64,000 bases of DNA from an uncultured Candidatus Saccharibacteria bacterium (GTDB lineage Bacteria; Patescibacteriota; Saccharimonadia; Saccharimonadales; JAGQNJ01), in contig CAZPVO010000004.1 in NCBI GenBank assembly GCA_964590205.1, forward strand, positions 13,131 through 77,130, in the 5' to 3' direction. The translations under genes and the position numbers were made by a program. Under the pieces are notes generated by a model. That model saw only the letters and a list, made by a program, of their open reading frames with translations. It was not told the DNA's origin and did not search any database. Positions 45,981-55,772 of this stretch are shown piece after piece (position 1 is the first letter of the stretch; each line of letters starts with the position of its first letter).

Positions 45981-48437
45981 ATGATTGTGGAATCAAACAA
46001 ACACTTAGCCGATGAGGCTAAACCCGAAGCGGTGGGACTAAGCGATCACGAGGCCGAACAAAGGCTTAAACAATACGGCCCGAATGTTCTCGTCGCCGAG
46101 AAACGTCTGCCAGGCATTCTGGTATTTCTCGCTAATTTCAAAAATCCGCTGGTTGTTGTTCTTATTATGGCGGCCGTGCTATCAGCCTTTTTTGGTGACC
46201 TTAACAGCTTTGTCATTATCGTTTCAATTGTCGTTATTAGTGCCCTACTCGACTTTGTGAACACTTATCGATCAGAAAAAGCCGCGATGTCCTTAAAAGA
46301 AAAAGTTCGCGTGCTCGCCAAGGTAATGCGGTCTAAGCAGTGGGTAGAATTACCGCTGGCCGACATTGTACCTGGTGATCTTATTAAACTCGAAGCCGGC
46401 AAGCTTGTTCCGGCAGACGGCAAAGTTGTTGATCAAAAAGTTCTTTACGTTAATGAATCAAGCCTGACCGGTGAATCACTGCCGCGCGGTAAAACCAACG
46501 GTGAGTCACTGCTGCTTGGTAGTAGCGTTACCAGTGGCGAAGGTTTAATGATTGTCGAAAAAACCGGGAAAGATACGCAGTTTGCCAAAATTGCTCAATC
46601 GCTTGAAGGCCAGGAGCCACAAACCGAATTCGACCGCGAAATTAAAGAGTTCAGTGTACTGATCGTCAAAGTCACCGTTGCGCTGGTAGGTTTTGTTTTC
46701 TTATTTAACTCAGTCTTTCGGAACGATATTTTGCAATCGCTCATGTTTAGCTTGGCGCTTGCCGTTGGTCTCACACCTGAACTACTGCCACTTATTATTA
46801 CGCTAAACCTGACTAAAGGTTCACTGGCTATGGCTAAACATAAAGTCATCGTTAAAAAGCTCTCGGCCATTCAAAACTGCGGCAGTATGGATGTGCTCTG
46901 TACCGATAAAACAGGGACACTCACCGAAGATAAAATCGTACTTGTTAAATACGTTGATGGCGATGGCAACGAGGCAGAACAGGTTTTACTCTACAGCTAC
47001 ATCACCAGTGTTTACTCCACGGCTTTCGAAAACCCGCTCGATAAAGCTGTTCAGGCCTTTCGTCACTTAGATATTAAAGCTTACAAAAAGCAGGATGAAA
47101 TTCCTTTCGATTTTGAGCGTAAACGCGAATCAGTTGTCACTACACACGACAATGAAAATTTGCTTTTCACCAAAGGTGCACCTGAAGAAGTTATAAAGAT
47201 TTGTGATAGTTACAAGGGCCAAAAACTTACCAGTGCTCACCACAAAAAAATCCAAGAGTTATATGAATCATTAAGTAACGATGGTTTTAGAGTTCTAGGC
47301 GTCGCCAGTAAAAAGATTGCTAAAAAAGACGACTACGAACAATCTGATGAGCACAATTTAGTATTCGAAGGTTTTATAGCATTCTTGGATCCTGCCAAAC
47401 ACTCTGCCAAAGAAACGCTGGACCAAGCACACGAATATGGTGTTACCATCAAAATTATTACTGGCGACAACGCGCTGGTCACCAAGCGAATCGCTTCAGA
47501 AGTTGGCCTCACCGTGTCTGGTATTCTCAATGGACCAGAGGTCGCTAATATGAGCGATAAACAACTAGAGGAAGCAGTCGAAAACACCACCATTTTTGCG
47601 CGAGTTAATCCTGAACAAAAAATGCGCATCATCAAGGCTCTGCAAGCTAATCAGCACGTTGTTGGTTATATGGGTGACGGCGTTAACGATGCGCCACCAC
47701 TACGTGCGGCTGACGTTAGTATTTCTGTTAATAACGCCACTGATGTTGCCAAAGACACGGCTCATTTAATTCTGCTCGAAAAAAGCATACATAATTTGAT
47801 CGAAGGCATCATCGAAGGTCGCCGAACCTACGCCAACACCGTGAAATACTTAATGATGTCGCTTGGTTCTAATTTTGGAAACGTTTTTTCAATGGCTGGC
47901 GGCTCCTTGTTTTTGCCGTTCTTGCCAATGGCACCGATCCAAGTTTTACTCACCAATTTGCTCTACGACACCTCACAATTTGCCCTACCACTCGATAACG
48001 TAGATCAAGAAGACATCAAGAAACCGCGTAAGCTCAACATAAAGTCACTCAAAAAAGCTATGCTGGTCTTTGGTCCACTCAGCTCAGTTTTCGACTTTGC
48101 TACGTTCGGTGCGCTGTTAGCTGTATTTCATTTGGGCGCATCATCATTCCAAACCGGATGGTTTATTGAATCGGTCGCTACTCAAACCTTTATTGTGTAC
48201 ATTATTCGAACCAAGAAAATTCCGTTTGTGGAGAGTTTGCCAAGCAAATACTTGGTTGTGAGCACCATTGGTACTGTTGCACTCGGTGTTGCTATTGCCC
48301 TGAGTCACTTTGGTGAATTCTTTAAATTTGGTCCGATACCAAGTTATGTTTTGTTAATGATTGTGGTCATTGTGCTTGTTTACATGCTCACAGCCGAGAT
48401 CGTCAAACGCCAGTTCTACAAACGGGTCGAAATTTAA
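45981..48437 (+). CDS. mgtA: P-type ATPase, MgtA-like (Mg2+ importing type)
   Basis: It has the DKTGTLTEDK phosphorylation site, TGES, GLTPELLP, MGDGVNDAPPL and 10 TM segments. The start is uncertain: TTG at 45948, ATG at 45981 or GTG at 45987. Confidence 0.88.
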   Translation: MIVESNKHLADEAKPEAVGLSDHEAEQRLKQYGPNVLVAEKRLPGILVFLANFKNPLVVVLIMAAVLSAFFGDLNSFVIIVSIVVISALLDFVNTYRSEKAAMSLKEKVRVLAKVMRSKQWVELPLADIVPGDLIKLEAGKLVPADGKVVDQKVLYVNESSLTGESLPRGKTNGESLLLGSSVTSGEGLMIVEKTGKDTQFAKIAQSLEGQEPQTEFDREIKEFSVLIVKVTVALVGFVFLFNSVFRNDILQSLMFSLALAVGLTPELLPLIITLNLTKGSLAMAKHKVIVKKLSAIQNCGSMDVLCTDKTGTLTEDKIVLVKYVDGDGNEAEQVLLYSYITSVYSTAFENPLDKAVQAFRHLDIKAYKKQDEIPFDFERKRESVVTTHDNENLLFTKGAPEEVIKICDSYKGQKLTSAHHKKIQELYESLSNDGFRVLGVASKKIAKKDDYEQSDEHNLVFEGFIAFLDPAKHSAKETLDQAHEYGVTIKIITGDNALVTKRIASEVGLTVSGILNGPEVANMSDKQLEEAVENTTIFARVNPEQKMRIIKALQANQHVVGYMGDGVNDAPPLRAADVSISVNNATDVAKDTAHLILLEKSIHNLIEGIIEGRRTYANTVKYLMMSLGSNFGNVFSMAGGSLFLPFLPMAPIQVLLTNLLYDTSQFALPLDNVDQEDIKKPRKLNIKSLKKAMLVFGPLSSVFDFATFGALLAVFHLGASSFQTGWFIESVATQTFIVYIIRTKKIPFVESLPSKYLVVSTIGTVALGVAIALSHFGEFFKFGPIPSYVLLMIVVIVLVYMLTAEIVKRQFYKRVEI

Positions 48438-48949
48438 GCGGCTTTTTGGGCCGCATGCTCTTCAACAGCAACTTGAGCGCGATTCGTAACATGTTCACCG
48501 ATCTTGGCTACAAATTTTTGAGCAGTTTCCCTGTTTTTAAACTTATGCTCATAGACCAAGTTGTTATCGTTATCATACCTTTTGATACTTACTCTACCTC
48601 GATCGCCAATTATGTTGTCGGTAGCATCATAAGCATGAATTTCTGAACTAGTGCCTGGTGATGTAGTTTTCGTTCGAGCATCAACACGAAAATCCCAACG
48701 ATCCTTATTGCCATGTCTGTCGATGAGTTGAGACCGTCTTTTATCAGTACTTATATGTGGCCCTCGATAGCCAACGCCCATATCTTCTACAACTGTTCCA
48801 TGGCTTAGGGTGTCTCTTTGATATCCGCCGCCAACGTTTGTTACACCCAGTGCTCTTGTTGCTTGTCTTGTAGCATCAAGACTTTGCATCATGGCATCAT
48901 GTGGTGACATTGCTTCTTGCGGTGTTGGACTTGTGTTTGGATTACTCAT
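48434..48949 (-). CDS. Hypothetical protein (orphan)
   Basis: 171 aa with no signal peptide and no recognised motif. It has its own promoter. Confidence 0.55.
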   Translation of the reverse strand: MSNPNTSPTPQEAMSPHDAMMQSLDATRQATRALGVTNVGGGYQRDTLSHGTVVEDMGVGYRGPHISTDKRRSQLIDRHGNKDRWDFRVDARTKTTSPGTSSEIHAYDATDNIIGDRGRVSIKRYDNDNNLVYEHKFKNRETAQKFVAKIGEHVTNRAQVAVEEHAAQKAA

Positions 48950-48994
48950 TTTTTCATATTTCTTTTAGTTTTTTGTTTTGAAAAGAATAACTAT

Positions 48995-49023
48995 ATATTA
49001 ACAAACTTATGCTTATTTGTCAA
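48995..49023 (-). promoter_or_regulatory. Promoter TTGACA-17-TAATAT carrying the shared 17-mer TTGACAAATAAGCATAA
   Basis: On the minus strand: TTGACA (49023..49018) and TAATAT (49000..48995). The -35 plus 11 nt of spacer are identical to the promoter at 54976-55004. Confidence 0.55.
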
Positions 49024-49035
49024 TGTTACGGTATT

Positions 49036-49407
49036 CTATATACTTTTTTGGGCGCGTCGGGCTAATAGGTTTGGAATGTCGCCTTCTGAACCGGGTTCAT
49101 CAAAAATAACTTTATCGTGATCAACATTTCTTATAAGCCACTGAAAAGCTTCGGGGTTTTCAACTGAAACAGGCCAGAAGCCGTCGCCACATACATCATT
49201 TGAACAGTTTTCTTGTGCCGGGAATTCTACATATGCCAAGGTATTCTGTCCATCGCTTTGGATAACTTGTTTGATAATTTCGGCTGTGATTGAAATTTTA
49301 GGTTTACCTTCAGGGCTACCAGCAAATGGGCAGCTTTCTTGAGGACATTCTGCACAGACACCTATTTCTGCTGGTTCAGCCGGACCTATTCCATATACAC
49401 TAGACAT
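49036..49407 (-). CDS. Hypothetical Cys-containing acidic protein (orphan)
   Basis: 123 aa containing CAECPQESCP and CSNDVC. A TATAAT lies 6 nt upstream of the ATG. Confidence 0.55.
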   Translation of the reverse strand: MSSVYGIGPAEPAEIGVCAECPQESCPFAGSPEGKPKISITAEIIKQVIQSDGQNTLAYVEFPAQENCSNDVCGDGFWPVSVENPEAFQWLIRNVDHDKVIFDEPGSEGDIPNLLARRAQKSI

Positions 49408-49413
49408 AAGAAC

Positions 49414-49442
49414 ATTATACTAAAAACAGAGGTATTTGTCTA
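49414..49442 (-). promoter_or_regulatory. Promoter TAGACA-17-TATAAT ending 6 nt before the ATG (leaderless-type)
   Basis: On the minus strand: TAGACA (49442..49437) and TATAAT (49419..49414). The ATG is at 49407. Confidence 0.5.
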
Positions 49443-49449
49443 CATTTTA

Positions 49450-49478
49450 TTGACTTTTTTGCATATCTGTGGTAATCT
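49450..49478 (+). promoter_or_regulatory. Promoter TTGACT-17-TAATCT for the 346-aa gene
   Basis: TTGACT at 49450-49455 and TAATCT at 49473-49478. An AAGGA SD lies before the ATG at 49518. Confidence 0.5.
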
Positions 49479-49517
49479 AGCCTCAGAACAATTCAAAACA
49501 AAAAAGGATTTAAAAAC

Positions 49518-50558
49518 ATGAGTGCCGAAGCCGCTCCCCAACCACAACCAAGTCAAATCGAAAAGCCACTAATGGTCGTTGATCTCCCTGCACAGGGTCC
49601 TGCAGAACTTGCACGCCCAAGTGGCAAATTAGAGGTTCGGTCTACGGAGATTATTGACAGTCCTGTTACAGATCAACTTAACACAGCTTCGAGTGTTGAA
49701 TCTTTATACGACACTGGCAATAGTGATCGCCTAGCCTCTCGTGCTGCTAATCGGGTCTCAAAAATTGCTGATAGTGTTTCAGCCAGTGCCCAATTAGTTG
49801 GTGAAAGTATGGCAAGCCATCGAACCGCTTCTGAAGTTGCACGCGACACTGCAGGTGAAGTAAGTGAAAGAGGTCGTAAGGTTGGCCGAAAAGTTGGTTC
49901 AGTTGCCACTGGCGCTGCAAAAGGCTACGGAGACAGCATCGAAAAAGGTGTTGATGTTGGAAACGGCTTAATCGACAGCTGGGAAAAGCGAATCCAAGGA
50001 GCCCCTGCCCGTAAAGAAGCTCGTCAAGAAAAACGAGATACTAAAAAAGGCATGAAGCGACTTAATAAAGAACTTCGCCTCGACGCGCAGCAACAGGCTA
50101 AAGAGCAACGTCAGCAAGAAGCTGAGGCTCAAAAACAGCGTGAAGCTGAATTTAACAAGCGCCTTGAAGCAACCCTTGCACAACACAAAGCCGAGAAGAA
50201 AGTTAAGCGAGCTGAGCGAAAAGCCGATCGCATGATAAATCGTGTTGAACGATCTGAAAAAGTTAAAGAATGGGTTGAAGCTAAAAAAGAATCTGTTGAT
50301 CGAAACGTCCGCTTTGGTACTTTCCTCTTAAGAAAAGCCGGTGTCGCTGTAGTCACAGCTCCTGGCCGTGCCGCTGAAGCCGCAGTTGATCTAGGTAACG
50401 AAGGAATCAAACAATTTGAAGATTACGCTAAGAGTTCTGCCAAGAAGAAAACCGCTCGACAAAACCATCGTAATGCTACTAAAGCCCAGTTACACGAACT
50501 TGCAGCTGCTAAGTATGCTGAGCGCGTAAAGAACGACGAAGAAGAAAAAGCCGCCTAA
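49518..50558 (+). CDS. Charged coiled-coil hypothetical protein
   Basis: 346 aa with long Lys/Glu/Gln/Ala-rich helices (QQQAKEQRQQEAEAQKQREAEFNKRLE). No catalytic motif. Confidence 0.65.
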   Translation: MSAEAAPQPQPSQIEKPLMVVDLPAQGPAELARPSGKLEVRSTEIIDSPVTDQLNTASSVESLYDTGNSDRLASRAANRVSKIADSVSASAQLVGESMASHRTASEVARDTAGEVSERGRKVGRKVGSVATGAAKGYGDSIEKGVDVGNGLIDSWEKRIQGAPARKEARQEKRDTKKGMKRLNKELRLDAQQQAKEQRQQEAEAQKQREAEFNKRLEATLAQHKAEKKVKRAERKADRMINRVERSEKVKEWVEAKKESVDRNVRFGTFLLRKAGVAVVTAPGRAAEAAVDLGNEGIKQFEDYAKSSAKKKTARQNHRNATKAQLHELAAAKYAERVKNDEEEKAA

Positions 50559-50564
50559 ATTTAG

Positions 50565-50570
50565 TACAAT
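50565..50570 (+). promoter_or_regulatory. -10 hexamer TACAAT 8 nt upstream of the ATG; no SD
   Basis: The sequence reads TACAAT-acgtagct-ATG, with the ATG at 50579. Confidence 0.35.
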
Positions 50571-50578
50571 ACGTAGCT

Positions 50579-51139
50579 ATGGATAATAAAGTCATTGCAC
50601 TTATCGGTATGCCAGGCAGTGGTAAAAGTACCTGTGTGGATTATTTAGAGAAAAAAGGCTTCCCTTCTGTATACATGGGTGGCATCACCATTGATGAAGT
50701 TAAAGCTCGCGGTCTAGAAGTTAACGAAAAGAACGAAAAAATGGTCCGCGAAGATATTCGTGCCAAGGAAGGTATCGGTGCCTACGCACAGCGTATTATT
50801 CCCAAAATTAAAGCACTCTTTAGTGAGGGTAAAAGCAGGGTTATTGCCGATGGACTGTACGGTTGGACAGAATATAAAACATTCCGTGACAACTTTGGCG
50901 ATAACGTACTTGTGGTAGCCATTGTAGCTCCGCGAACAGCGCGACACGAACGATTATCTAAGCGTCCGATTCGTCCTTTAACAGAGGAAGAAGCTAACGC
51001 GCGTGATTACGCCGAGATTGAAAATCTCGAAAAAGGCGGCCCTATCGCTAACGCCGACTACACTATCGTGAATGATGGTACACAGGAGCAAATGCTCGAA
51101 AAACTAGAGCAAATCCTACACGAAACTAAATTCCTTTAA
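50579..51139 (+). CDS. P-loop nucleotide kinase, UPF0200/dephospho-CoA-kinase-like
   Basis: It has the P-loop VIALIGMPGSGKST. Size and layout fit small NMP or dephospho-CoA kinase-like proteins. Confidence 0.7.
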   Translation: MDNKVIALIGMPGSGKSTCVDYLEKKGFPSVYMGGITIDEVKARGLEVNEKNEKMVREDIRAKEGIGAYAQRIIPKIKALFSEGKSRVIADGLYGWTEYKTFRDNFGDNVLVVAIVAPRTARHERLSKRPIRPLTEEEANARDYAEIENLEKGGPIANADYTIVNDGTQEQMLEKLEQILHETKFL

Positions 51140-51181
51140 ATTAAGCGAGTATTCCCAGTCGAGTGGGTAAGCAAGCGCTTC

Positions 51182-51216
51182 CCGAGAAGTTTATAGCTGT
51201 GCGTAAAACTTCTCGG
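51182..51216. other. Perfect 11-bp stem with a 13-nt loop between the convergent kinase and rpoD genes
   Basis: CCGAGAAGTTT (51182-51192) pairs with AAACTTCTCGG (51206-51216). Neither strand has a flanking U-tract, so it is not a canonical intrinsic terminator. Confidence 0.5.
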
Positions 51217-51250
51217 CGAAAGAGCGCCCATGAGAATGGAAATACGAGCG

Positions 51251-52369
51251 CTACTTGATGTAGTCGTGGAGTTTCTTGGCGTCTTTATGCTTGCGCAACT
51301 TAGCGAGAGCTTTGGCTTCAATCTGTCGAATACGTTCACGAGTGACGTTAAACTCCTGCCCTACTTCTTCGAGTGTGTGTGATCGGCCATCTTCAAGACC
51401 AAAACGTAGTTTCAGAATTTTTTGTTCACGCTCAGATAGTGCTCCAAGCATATCTTTAACGTGTTCTTTCAGCAGCTGAGTTGTAGCTGATTCTTCTGGG
51501 CTCACCGTGTCTTCGTCTTCGATGAAGTCACCTAACACAGAATCTTCTTCGTCATCGCGCACACTTGCGTCCAAGCTGGAAATATCCTGCTTAATCTTCA
51601 TGATGTGTTCAACTTTATCAACGTCGATTTCCATTGCCTTGGCAATTTCTTCGTTGGTTGGTTCACGGTTCAAATCCTGAGTCAGTCGGCGCTGTGTTCG
51701 CAGTAATTTATTGATGGTTTCTACCATGTGCACCGGAATACGAATGGTTCGAGCTTGGTCGGCAATAGCACGAGTAATAGCCTGGCGGATCCACCACGTG
51801 GCATAGGTACTAAACTTAAAGCCCTTGTCGGGATCGAATTTTTCAACCGCACGTAGCAGCCCGGTATTTCCCTCTTGAATCAGATCCAAAAGGTCCAACC
51901 CACGGCCTACGTATCGCTTGGCGATCGAAACCACCAAACGCATGTTTGCCTCGGCCATTTTGTCTTTGGCACGCTTTTCACCAGCTTTCACTTTGTAAGC
52001 CAGCGCTAACTCTTCATCTGGTTTTAACAGCGGAATTTTACCAATTTCGCGCAAATACAAACGCACTGAGTCATCGGCGATGTCGTCCAAGTATACTTGG
52101 TCGGTCAGCGTAACTTCCTCTTCTTCGTCTTCTTCTTTCACCCATTCGTCGCTGAAATCTTCAGCGTTAGGCTCGGTAGCTTCGACGATTTCTACGCCAG
52201 CTTCCACGAGTTCGGCATGGATACTGTCGTGTAAATCAATATTTTCTGGAGTGTCAGGGATGGCCTTAAAAATTTCGCGCTGTTCAATTTTGCCATTTTT
52301 CTTGGCTTGCTCAATAATTTTTTCTTTCGCGTGCGCTAGTGCTTTATCGTCTTTCTTGTCATTTCCCAC
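51251..52369 (-). CDS. rpoD: Primary RNA polymerase sigma factor (sigma-70 family)
   Basis: Regions 1.2 to 4.2 are present, including [40 protein letters not shown] and [20 protein letters not shown]. Confidence 0.96.
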   Translation of the reverse strand: MGNDKKDDKALAHAKEKIIEQAKKNGKIEQREIFKAIPDTPENIDLHDSIHAELVEAGVEIVEATEPNAEDFSDEWVKEEDEEEEVTLTDQVYLDDIADDSVRLYLREIGKIPLLKPDEELALAYKVKAGEKRAKDKMAEANMRLVVSIAKRYVGRGLDLLDLIQEGNTGLLRAVEKFDPDKGFKFSTYATWWIRQAITRAIADQARTIRIPVHMVETINKLLRTQRRLTQDLNREPTNEEIAKAMEIDVDKVEHIMKIKQDISSLDASVRDDEEDSVLGDFIEDEDTVSPEESATTQLLKEHVKDMLGALSEREQKILKLRFGLEDGRSHTLEEVGQEFNVTRERIRQIEAKALAKLRKHKDAKKLHDYIK

Positions 52370-54146
52370 TGTTATTGTCCTTTGCTAATTTTAAGAGATT
52401 ATCAAGTTTTTTTGCGGTTTCCAGTAGATTATTCGTTTCAGCATCATTTGCATCAGCAAACTGATCAGCCAGTGACGCTTTTTGAGTTTTTACGTATTGC
52501 TCTATCAACCTAACCTGCAATCGAGTGGCTTCGTACTGAAGCTCTATAAACTCGAGGTGGGAATAGAGTTCCTCATAAAGTAATACTAATATTCTAACGT
52601 AATCTGTTAATTTCTTCAATACCTCTGGGAGCTTGTTGCCAAGTAATTTAGTATCTAGTTTAAAAGTTGGGTTCTTTTCTAAATAATCGAGCAGCTCTTG
52701 GGCATTTTCCTCGCTGAGCATTTCTGGCGTAATCGGCACATCTGTTTCGCGCAGTCGTGGCTGCAGTAACATCAGTGCCATATACTGGTTTTGCGTCTTC
52801 AGAACATCGGCTGTTTTAGCATCAACCTTGGCCACTTCAACTTTTTTGAGGCGCTTCCCGGGGACAGCAGTTTTTTGCGTAGACAATTTTTGTTCAATAG
52901 CTGATTTACTGACACCTGTTTCGTTAGCAATCGCTTCAACGTAATGTTCTTTTTCAACTGAATCAGTAATTTGGCGCACAATTGGCAAAATTTTATCGGT
53001 AAATTGGCGTTTGCCTTCAGCCGAAGTGACATCATGCGATTTTTTGAGCAGTTCAATCAACCAATCAAGTGCATACTGGTTTTTATTGATTACTTCCTGC
53101 CAAATTTTCGGATCTTTTTGAATCAGCTCATCGGGATCCTTGCCCTGCGGAACCGTTATAACGCTCAAGGAAACACCAGCTTGGTTGGCCAGCGGAATGA
53201 CACGCTCTGCAGCGTTGATTCCCGCTTGATCTTGATCAAATGCCAAACGGACATCGGGAGTAAAACGACCGAGTTCTTTGAGGTGCATTGGTGTCATCGC
53301 TGTGCCGGCAGTCGCGACAACATTTTTAACGGCGGCTTGGTGAGACGCGATGACATCCAAGTTCCCTTCTACTACCACCACAAATTTATCTTTTCGAATA
53401 GATTCTTTAGCTAGATGCAGGCCGTACACTTGCCGGCCTTTGTCGTATAGCAAGGTTTGCGGCGTGTTGATATATTTTGGCTGGCCTTGCTCATCTTGCA
53501 TGATACGAGCCGTAAAACCAACCACTCGCCCGTTGGCATCAGAAAGTGGAATCATAATGCGACCGCGGAACATATCACTCGCCAGTTGATAGCGTTTGGT
53601 TGCCAGCCCAGCTTGTTGAATTTCCTGCTCGCTAAAATTCTTTTTCTTTAAAAAATCCACCAATGCACGACCATTATTTGGTGCGTAGCCAATCTGAAAA
53701 TCGAGTGCTGTCTGTTTAGTGAAGCCACGCTTTTTTAAGATGTATTCCAGGGCTTCTTTATGGCGAGTAAACTGCGTTTGATAAAACTTAGTTGCTAGCT
53801 CAAGAAGCTCATACATGCGCTGTTTTTGCTTGCCACGAGCTGCACTAGCGCCTGTTTGATACTGTGAGAGGTCAACACCGGCTTTGCGAGCTAAAATCTC
53901 GAGAGCTCCGCGAAAATCCACGCCTTCCATTTCCATCACAAAACTGAACATATTGCCACCTTTGCCGGATGAAAAATCGTGCCAGATTTGCTTTTCGGGA
54001 CTAACCATAAAACTGGCCGTTTTTTCGTTGCTAAATGGTGAAAGAGCGCGCAGGTTTCGTCCTGCACGTTTTAGCTCCAGATAATCCCCAACCACGTCCT
54101 CAAGACCAAGTCGGGACTTGATATCTTCAACCGCGTCCATAACCAC
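52359..54146 (-). CDS. dnaG: DNA primase DnaG with a degenerate zinc-binding domain
   Basis: TOPRIM is intact ([18 protein letters not shown]). The N-terminal zinc-ribbon region aligns with other DnaG proteins but reads SPFS...HDFSSG instead of CPFH...HCFGCG. Confidence 0.92.
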   Translation of the reverse strand: MVMDAVEDIKSRLGLEDVVGDYLELKRAGRNLRALSPFSNEKTASFMVSPEKQIWHDFSSGKGGNMFSFVMEMEGVDFRGALEILARKAGVDLSQYQTGASAARGKQKQRMYELLELATKFYQTQFTRHKEALEYILKKRGFTKQTALDFQIGYAPNNGRALVDFLKKKNFSEQEIQQAGLATKRYQLASDMFRGRIMIPLSDANGRVVGFTARIMQDEQGQPKYINTPQTLLYDKGRQVYGLHLAKESIRKDKFVVVVEGNLDVIASHQAAVKNVVATAGTAMTPMHLKELGRFTPDVRLAFDQDQAGINAAERVIPLANQAGVSLSVITVPQGKDPDELIQKDPKIWQEVINKNQYALDWLIELLKKSHDVTSAEGKRQFTDKILPIVRQITDSVEKEHYVEAIANETGVSKSAIEQKLSTQKTAVPGKRLKKVEVAKVDAKTADVLKTQNQYMALMLLQPRLRETDVPITPEMLSEENAQELLDYLEKNPTFKLDTKLLGNKLPEVLKKLTDYVRILVLLYEELYSHLEFIELQYEATRLQVRLIEQYVKTQKASLADQFADANDAETNNLLETAKKLDNLLKLAKDNNSGK

Positions 54147-54188
54147 TAGTATCTAGCAGTTAGAGGTTACGAGCAAGAATAAGAGGAA

Positions 54189-54950
54189 TTACTCTACGCC
54201 GACTTTGGCTTGCAGAAGGTTGGCTGCTTGAGTAACTAAACTTTCAGCATCCTCTGGTGTGCCAAGCAAGGTATCGCTTACGGGGTTCTCTGTACTAAAA
54301 ACAGGGCTGTTATTATCCTTAGATATAAGCCAGCCATCGCCGTATCTATGGAAAGCAAACATAGTCCCACCAGATTTAGACTTGTCAACAATCAGATTAT
54401 TTTTATCGTCTTTTAATGGAGCACCAGATATAGGATCTGTCTCATAGACTGTACTTTGGTCGTCGATATACATTGATCGCACGTTTTGTGGATTGGCAGC
54501 TTCGTATTCCACCATAATACTACTGTTCCAAGACGCATTATCTACAACTGGTTGATTAGAGTGATAATTAGTAAGTGACAGGCGATTATAGCCGTTACCA
54601 TCAAAGTTCTCATCTATACTTGTGTAGTACTGAATATAATCATGTGTCTTAGCCTGTTCAGCCTTAACAAAAAACGCTTTTTCGAGTGCTTTTTGCGTAA
54701 AGTTACCTGTCGCGTTGTTAAGGTAAGTGTCCATTTTGGCTTTTTTATCGGCCAGCTCCTTCTTGTGAGCTGCTTCCTGGTCGATAGTTGTAGTTGGTGC
54801 TACCGTATCAGTTACCGCAACCTTTGCCTCAGTTGTAGTTGGTGCAGCACACTCACCGCTGTTATTACAAGCCGCGGCTGCAGCAGAAAGCGCTACAACC
54901 ATCGCTGTTTTTCGAACTAAACCAATTCTCTCTCCAGATCGCTCTGACAT
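54189..54950 (-). CDS. Putative lipoprotein of unknown function
   Basis: From the ATG at 54950 it begins MSERSGERIGLVRKTAMVVALSAAAAAC, a lipobox-like sequence, followed by a Thr-rich linker. Confidence 0.65.
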   Translation of the reverse strand: MSERSGERIGLVRKTAMVVALSAAAAACNNSGECAAPTTTEAKVAVTDTVAPTTTIDQEAAHKKELADKKAKMDTYLNNATGNFTQKALEKAFFVKAEQAKTHDYIQYYTSIDENFDGNGYNRLSLTNYHSNQPVVDNASWNSSIMVEYEAANPQNVRSMYIDDQSTVYETDPISGAPLKDDKNNLIVDKSKSGGTMFAFHRYGDGWLISKDNNSPVFSTENPVSDTLLGTPEDAESLVTQAANLLQAKVGVE

Positions 54951-54975
54951 CCTTAAACTCCAATTTAATACGATA

Positions 54976-55004
54976 ATTATATTACTTTTATGCTTATTTG
55001 TCAA
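54976..55004 (-). promoter_or_regulatory. Consensus sigma70 promoter TTGACA-17-TATAAT carrying the shared 17-mer
   Basis: On the minus strand: TTGACA (55004..54999), 17-nt spacer, TATAAT (54981..54976). The leader of about 19-25 nt carries a GGAG. Confidence 0.65.
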
Positions 55005-55068
55005 CTATAACTTGCCCTTCCTTTTTCCCTCTGGCCAGAGGTATACCGGATATGCTTAAATATAGCCT

Positions 55069-55737
55069 ATGGATCCAAACCAACAGCCAGCTCCTTCTGG
55101 CGGCAATGGACAATTTAACCCAGCTCAATACGACTTTATAACCAACCCAACCAAGCCGGGTAAAAAGTCGGTGATTCCTTCGGGTCACGGTAGCAGCAAA
55201 AAGCAGCGCATTATTGTGTTTGCTATTGGTATTGCCCTGCTCTTTATTCTGTTGATTGTTGGTTTTAACTTAATTTTAGGTAGCGGTAAGCCAAATGCTG
55301 CTCAGCTGACTACTGTTTTGCAGCAGCAAACAGAAATTTCGCGTGTTTCGGCAATCGGTATTAATAATGCAGGTGGCGAAAAAGCAAAGGATATTGCAAC
55401 CCAGACTCAGATTGTTATGGACACTCAAAACATACAGCTCCAAAAAGCTATGATCACCAAGAAGATTAAGATCAATAAAAAGACACTTGGCGGTGCGAAG
55501 AACCCCAAAACAGATGCATCGCTCACCAATGCGCAACAAAATGGTCGCTTTGACGATGCGTTTATACAGCAAACCCGGACGAGTTTAGAAGATTTTCAAA
55601 AAACTCTTCAAACAGCTTACAACGGCAGTAGTAGTAAAAGCATTAAAGATCAGCTTAATCAGGACTATGCGCAAGTTGGCTTACTGCTCGAAAGCATCAA
55701 GAACCAGTCGCAACCTCAACAGCAAACAACAAATTAG
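55069..55737 (+). CDS. Single-pass membrane protein of unknown function
   Basis: 222 aa with a Pro/Gln-rich N-terminus and one TM (IIVFAIGIALLFILLIVGFNLIL). Confidence 0.65.
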   Translation: MDPNQQPAPSGGNGQFNPAQYDFITNPTKPGKKSVIPSGHGSSKKQRIIVFAIGIALLFILLIVGFNLILGSGKPNAAQLTTVLQQQTEISRVSAIGINNAGGEKAKDIATQTQIVMDTQNIQLQKAMITKKIKINKKTLGGAKNPKTDASLTNAQQNGRFDDAFIQQTRTSLEDFQKTLQTAYNGSSSKSIKDQLNQDYAQVGLLLESIKNQSQPQQQTTN

Positions 55738-55772
55738 CTTAATCTACCTCTTTGGCTTGTAGCCAATACGGC

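Noticed and set aside
51136-51339. A 67-aa minus-strand ORF covering the hairpin between the kinase gene and rpoD.
   Set aside because: It overlaps the rpoD 3' end in another frame, has no SD, and its sequence is low-complexity. The region is better explained by the 11-bp inverted repeat.
51667-51677. GGTTCAAATCC, a tRNA T-arm-like sequence.
   Set aside because: It lies inside rpoD coding sequence (region 2/3). No acceptor or anticodon stems can be built around it. I found no tRNA, rRNA, tmRNA or RNase P candidate elsewhere in the window.
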